From the IMG/VR virus record IMGVR_UViG_3300010236_000014, positions 1 through 26,586 of that record: a stretch of DNA of 26,586 nt, one strand, 5' to 3'. The position numbers and the translations under genes were made by a program. Source of the stretch: a virus. Its lineage: Duplodnaviria > Caudoviricetes. The notes below the pieces were generated by a model, which saw nothing but the letters and a program-made list of their open reading frames with translations, was not told the DNA's origin and did no database searches. Numbering within the stretch: position 1 is the first letter of the stretch; each line of letters begins with the position of its first letter. Shown piece after piece: positions 24,685 to 26,586 of this stretch.

Positions 24685-25709
24685 GCAAGATTAAGTTCAG
24701 GCTTGAGAGCGGAGTAGGGAAGGTTTTGGAAAAATTCGAAGTCCCGACTGGACATATTTGCATTATGGAAGGAGAGCTTGGAAAAAGATTGGAGTTTTTA
24801 TCAATAGGCGATTATGGGAAGGAAAAGAATGTAAAAGCAGATTTTCTTGGATATACAAACGAAGTGAACGGGGTTGAGCACTGTGATATATTGCCTTTGG
24901 AGGAAAAATGGGTGATTACAATAAGCTCACAGTATGGTTGTTCCATGGCGTGCGGGTTTTGCGATGTCCCCAAGGTCGGAGTTGGTATAAACGCAACTTT
25001 CACGGATATGGTAGCACAAGTCTTAAATGCAATATCACTGCACCCAGAAGTTCATCATGCGAATAGGATAAACCTACATTATGCCAGAATGGGGGAGCCA
25101 ACATGGAATAAAGATGTTATCGATAGTGCGTATTGGATTGGCTCTGTGTTAAAAAGTTCTGGGTGGGGGTTTCACCCAGTAGTATCGACCATGATGCCGA
25201 ACAATAACAAAGACCTTTTCGCTTTTTTAGAAGGTTGGTTAGATCTAAAAGATAATTTTAACGGGGAGGCGGGATTACAGCTATCAATAAACACAACAGA
25301 TGAAATCGTTCGGAAGAAAACAATGCCATATAGCATGAGCCTAAAGGAAATCTCGGACATGATGTGTGATATTTTGAGTTATAGACCAATCCCGTTAGGC
25401 AGAAAAATCACGTTAAATTTTGCGTTAACAAATGCAGAGGTGGACGCAAGTAAAATTAGAGACTTGTTTTCGCCAAGATATTTTATATGCAAGCTGACGC
25501 CAATGCACAAAACAAAAGCATGCGTGTCTCGTGGATTGCTAACTGACGGCGGGTATGATTATTATTATCCATACAAAAAAATTGAGGAAGATTTGAAAAA
25601 AGAGGGGTTCGGTGTCATAGTTTTCGTTCCGTCAAAAGAAGAAGACAACAGCAGGATAACATGCGGGAATGCCATTCTCGCCGATATGAGGAAAAATGAA
25701 GAACTTTAA
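24681..25709 (+). CDS. RlmN/Cfr-like radical SAM protein (divergent)
   Basis: ISSQYGCSMACGFC (CxxxCxxC), RMGEP, VST, LQLSIN and C-terminal ITCGN. Confidence 0.85.
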   Translation: MSKIKFRLESGVGKVLEKFEVPTGHICIMEGELGKRLEFLSIGDYGKEKNVKADFLGYTNEVNGVEHCDILPLEEKWVITISSQYGCSMACGFCDVPKVGVGINATFTDMVAQVLNAISLHPEVHHANRINLHYARMGEPTWNKDVIDSAYWIGSVLKSSGWGFHPVVSTMMPNNNKDLFAFLEGWLDLKDNFNGEAGLQLSINTTDEIVRKKTMPYSMSLKEISDMMCDILSYRPIPLGRKITLNFALTNAEVDASKIRDLFSPRYFICKLTPMHKTKACVSRGLLTDGGYDYYYPYKKIEEDLKKEGFGVIVFVPSKEEDNSRITCGNAILADMRKNEEL

Positions 25710-26034
25710 ATACAAGGTTGTAGACAAGGAAAAACAAGAGGTTTGCGAGGAGTTTGTCGGGGATACAGCCCGCTACCAGTATCTACTCTCCTCGGGCGTT
25801 TGTGACGCCGATGGAAGAGAGGTTTACGACGGCGATGTTTTGCGTGATGTAAATTATGATGAACTATTCCTCTTTGTGTATTATCGGGACGGTATTTTTT
25901 TGTGTGACAAGCTCGAGGAGGATGAAGGATTCATGACGACATTGTATTGGGGCAAACCGATTATGGATTGTGTTGATGATATAAAGTCTGCGAGAATTGT
26001 GTGGAACGATAATATTAAAAAGGAGGAAAAATGA
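25696..26034 (+). CDS. YopX-family protein
   Basis: FKYKVVDK...SGVCDADGREVYDGDVL. Confidence 0.75.
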   Translation: MKNFKYKVVDKEKQEVCEEFVGDTARYQYLLSSGVCDADGREVYDGDVLRDVNYDELFLFVYYRDGIFLCDKLEEDEGFMTTLYWGKPIMDCVDDIKSARIVWNDNIKKEEK

Positions 26035-26261
26035 GGTGTAAAATTTGCGGTCAATCTGGCGTTGATGGTGCTTATGATCAATACGGTGACTTCGTTTGTA
26101 TCGACTGTTTTGCTACTGGGGAGGCTTATATGTCTGGACTGCACGCTGAGATGTTGGCTCCTGTCCCAGGATTTAACTATCCGGGGCTTGCACAAAGAGA
26201 AGAGGAAATATTGAGAGCGTGGAATCACGAAGACGGTAATATAGTTGAGGAGGAAACATGA
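26031..26261 (+). CDS. Small zinc-finger protein
   Basis: CKIC...CIDC; AAGGAGG RBS. Confidence 0.65.
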   Translation: MRCKICGQSGVDGAYDQYGDFVCIDCFATGEAYMSGLHAEMLAPVPGFNYPGLAQREEEILRAWNHEDGNIVEEET

Positions 26262-26437
26262 AACACTTTCGTGATGAGAAAATAGAGAAACTCGACGCAC
26301 TTCAAAAGACTGCTGCCGAGACATATCTTGAATGGAAAAAGTCGGAGCGTGAGTGGGATGAGAAGATGAGACGTGAGATTGTCTCAAGGTTTGGGACTCC
26401 GTCATGGGGGGCAGAAAGCGAGGAGGATGAAGAATGA
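26258..26437 (+). CDS. 59 aa hypothetical protein
   Basis: MKHFRDEKIEKLDALQK...SEEDEE; GAGGAGG RBS and ATGA overlap. Confidence 0.65.
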   Translation: MKHFRDEKIEKLDALQKTAAETYLEWKKSEREWDEKMRREIVSRFGTPSWGAESEEDEE

Positions 26438-26512
26438 AAAAGATTAAAGGCTCAACCGAACGGGAAACTGTTAACGAAATATTCGGACTTGTGGTGTTCT
26501 TAAGGAGGAATT

Positions 26513-26586
26513 ATGAAATATTTTAAGGTTGTAGACCCTAAAGGACATTGTGGGCTTGTCTACAAAGAAGGATACAACGAAGACCC
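26513..26586 (+). CDS. Hypothetical protein, truncated by the window end
   Basis: AAGGAGG then MKYFKVVDPKGHCGLVYKEGYNED... Confidence 0.6.
   Translation, partial: MKYFKVVDPKGHCGLVYKEGYNED

Noticed and set aside
26434-26526. 30 aa ORF MKKIKGSTERE...
   Set aside because: It is ATGA-coupled but very short, featureless and overlaps the next gene; it may be a remnant, so it was not called.

Overview
This window is a segment of a tailed dsDNA phage genome with a podovirus-like head module, organised as two divergent arms around a non-coding junction at about 15.5-16.2 kb. The minus-strand arm holds a nucleotide-metabolism trio (DUF5664-like diphosphohydrolase, DUF4406-like protein, metallophosphoesterase), RusA, terminases, portal, scaffold, an N4-gp56-like major capsid, head/tail proteins, a tail fibre, a five-gene lysis cassette and a truncated tail protein. 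The plus-strand arm holds a cluster of tiny early genes (four are membrane micropeptides), a PD-(D/E)XK exonuclease, ERF recombinase, XRE-HTH, SSB, an initiator with an internal iteron origin, DnaB helicase, an RlmN/Cfr-like radical SAM protein and YopX. I saw no integrase, tRNA, CRISPR array or reverse transcriptase. Four things stand out. (1) A complete second, diverged copy of the iteron origin lies outside the initiator gene at the arm junction. (2) Several accessory genes are bracketed by direct repeats of their own RBS plus start codon, like target-site duplications. (3) GATC and GGCC are almost absent from the window but cluster in the 1.2 kb early region. (4) The RlmN-like enzyme keeps the methyl-carrier Cys but has Thr at the resolving-Cys position. 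All family calls come from motif recognition and all counts from manual reading; no searches were run.
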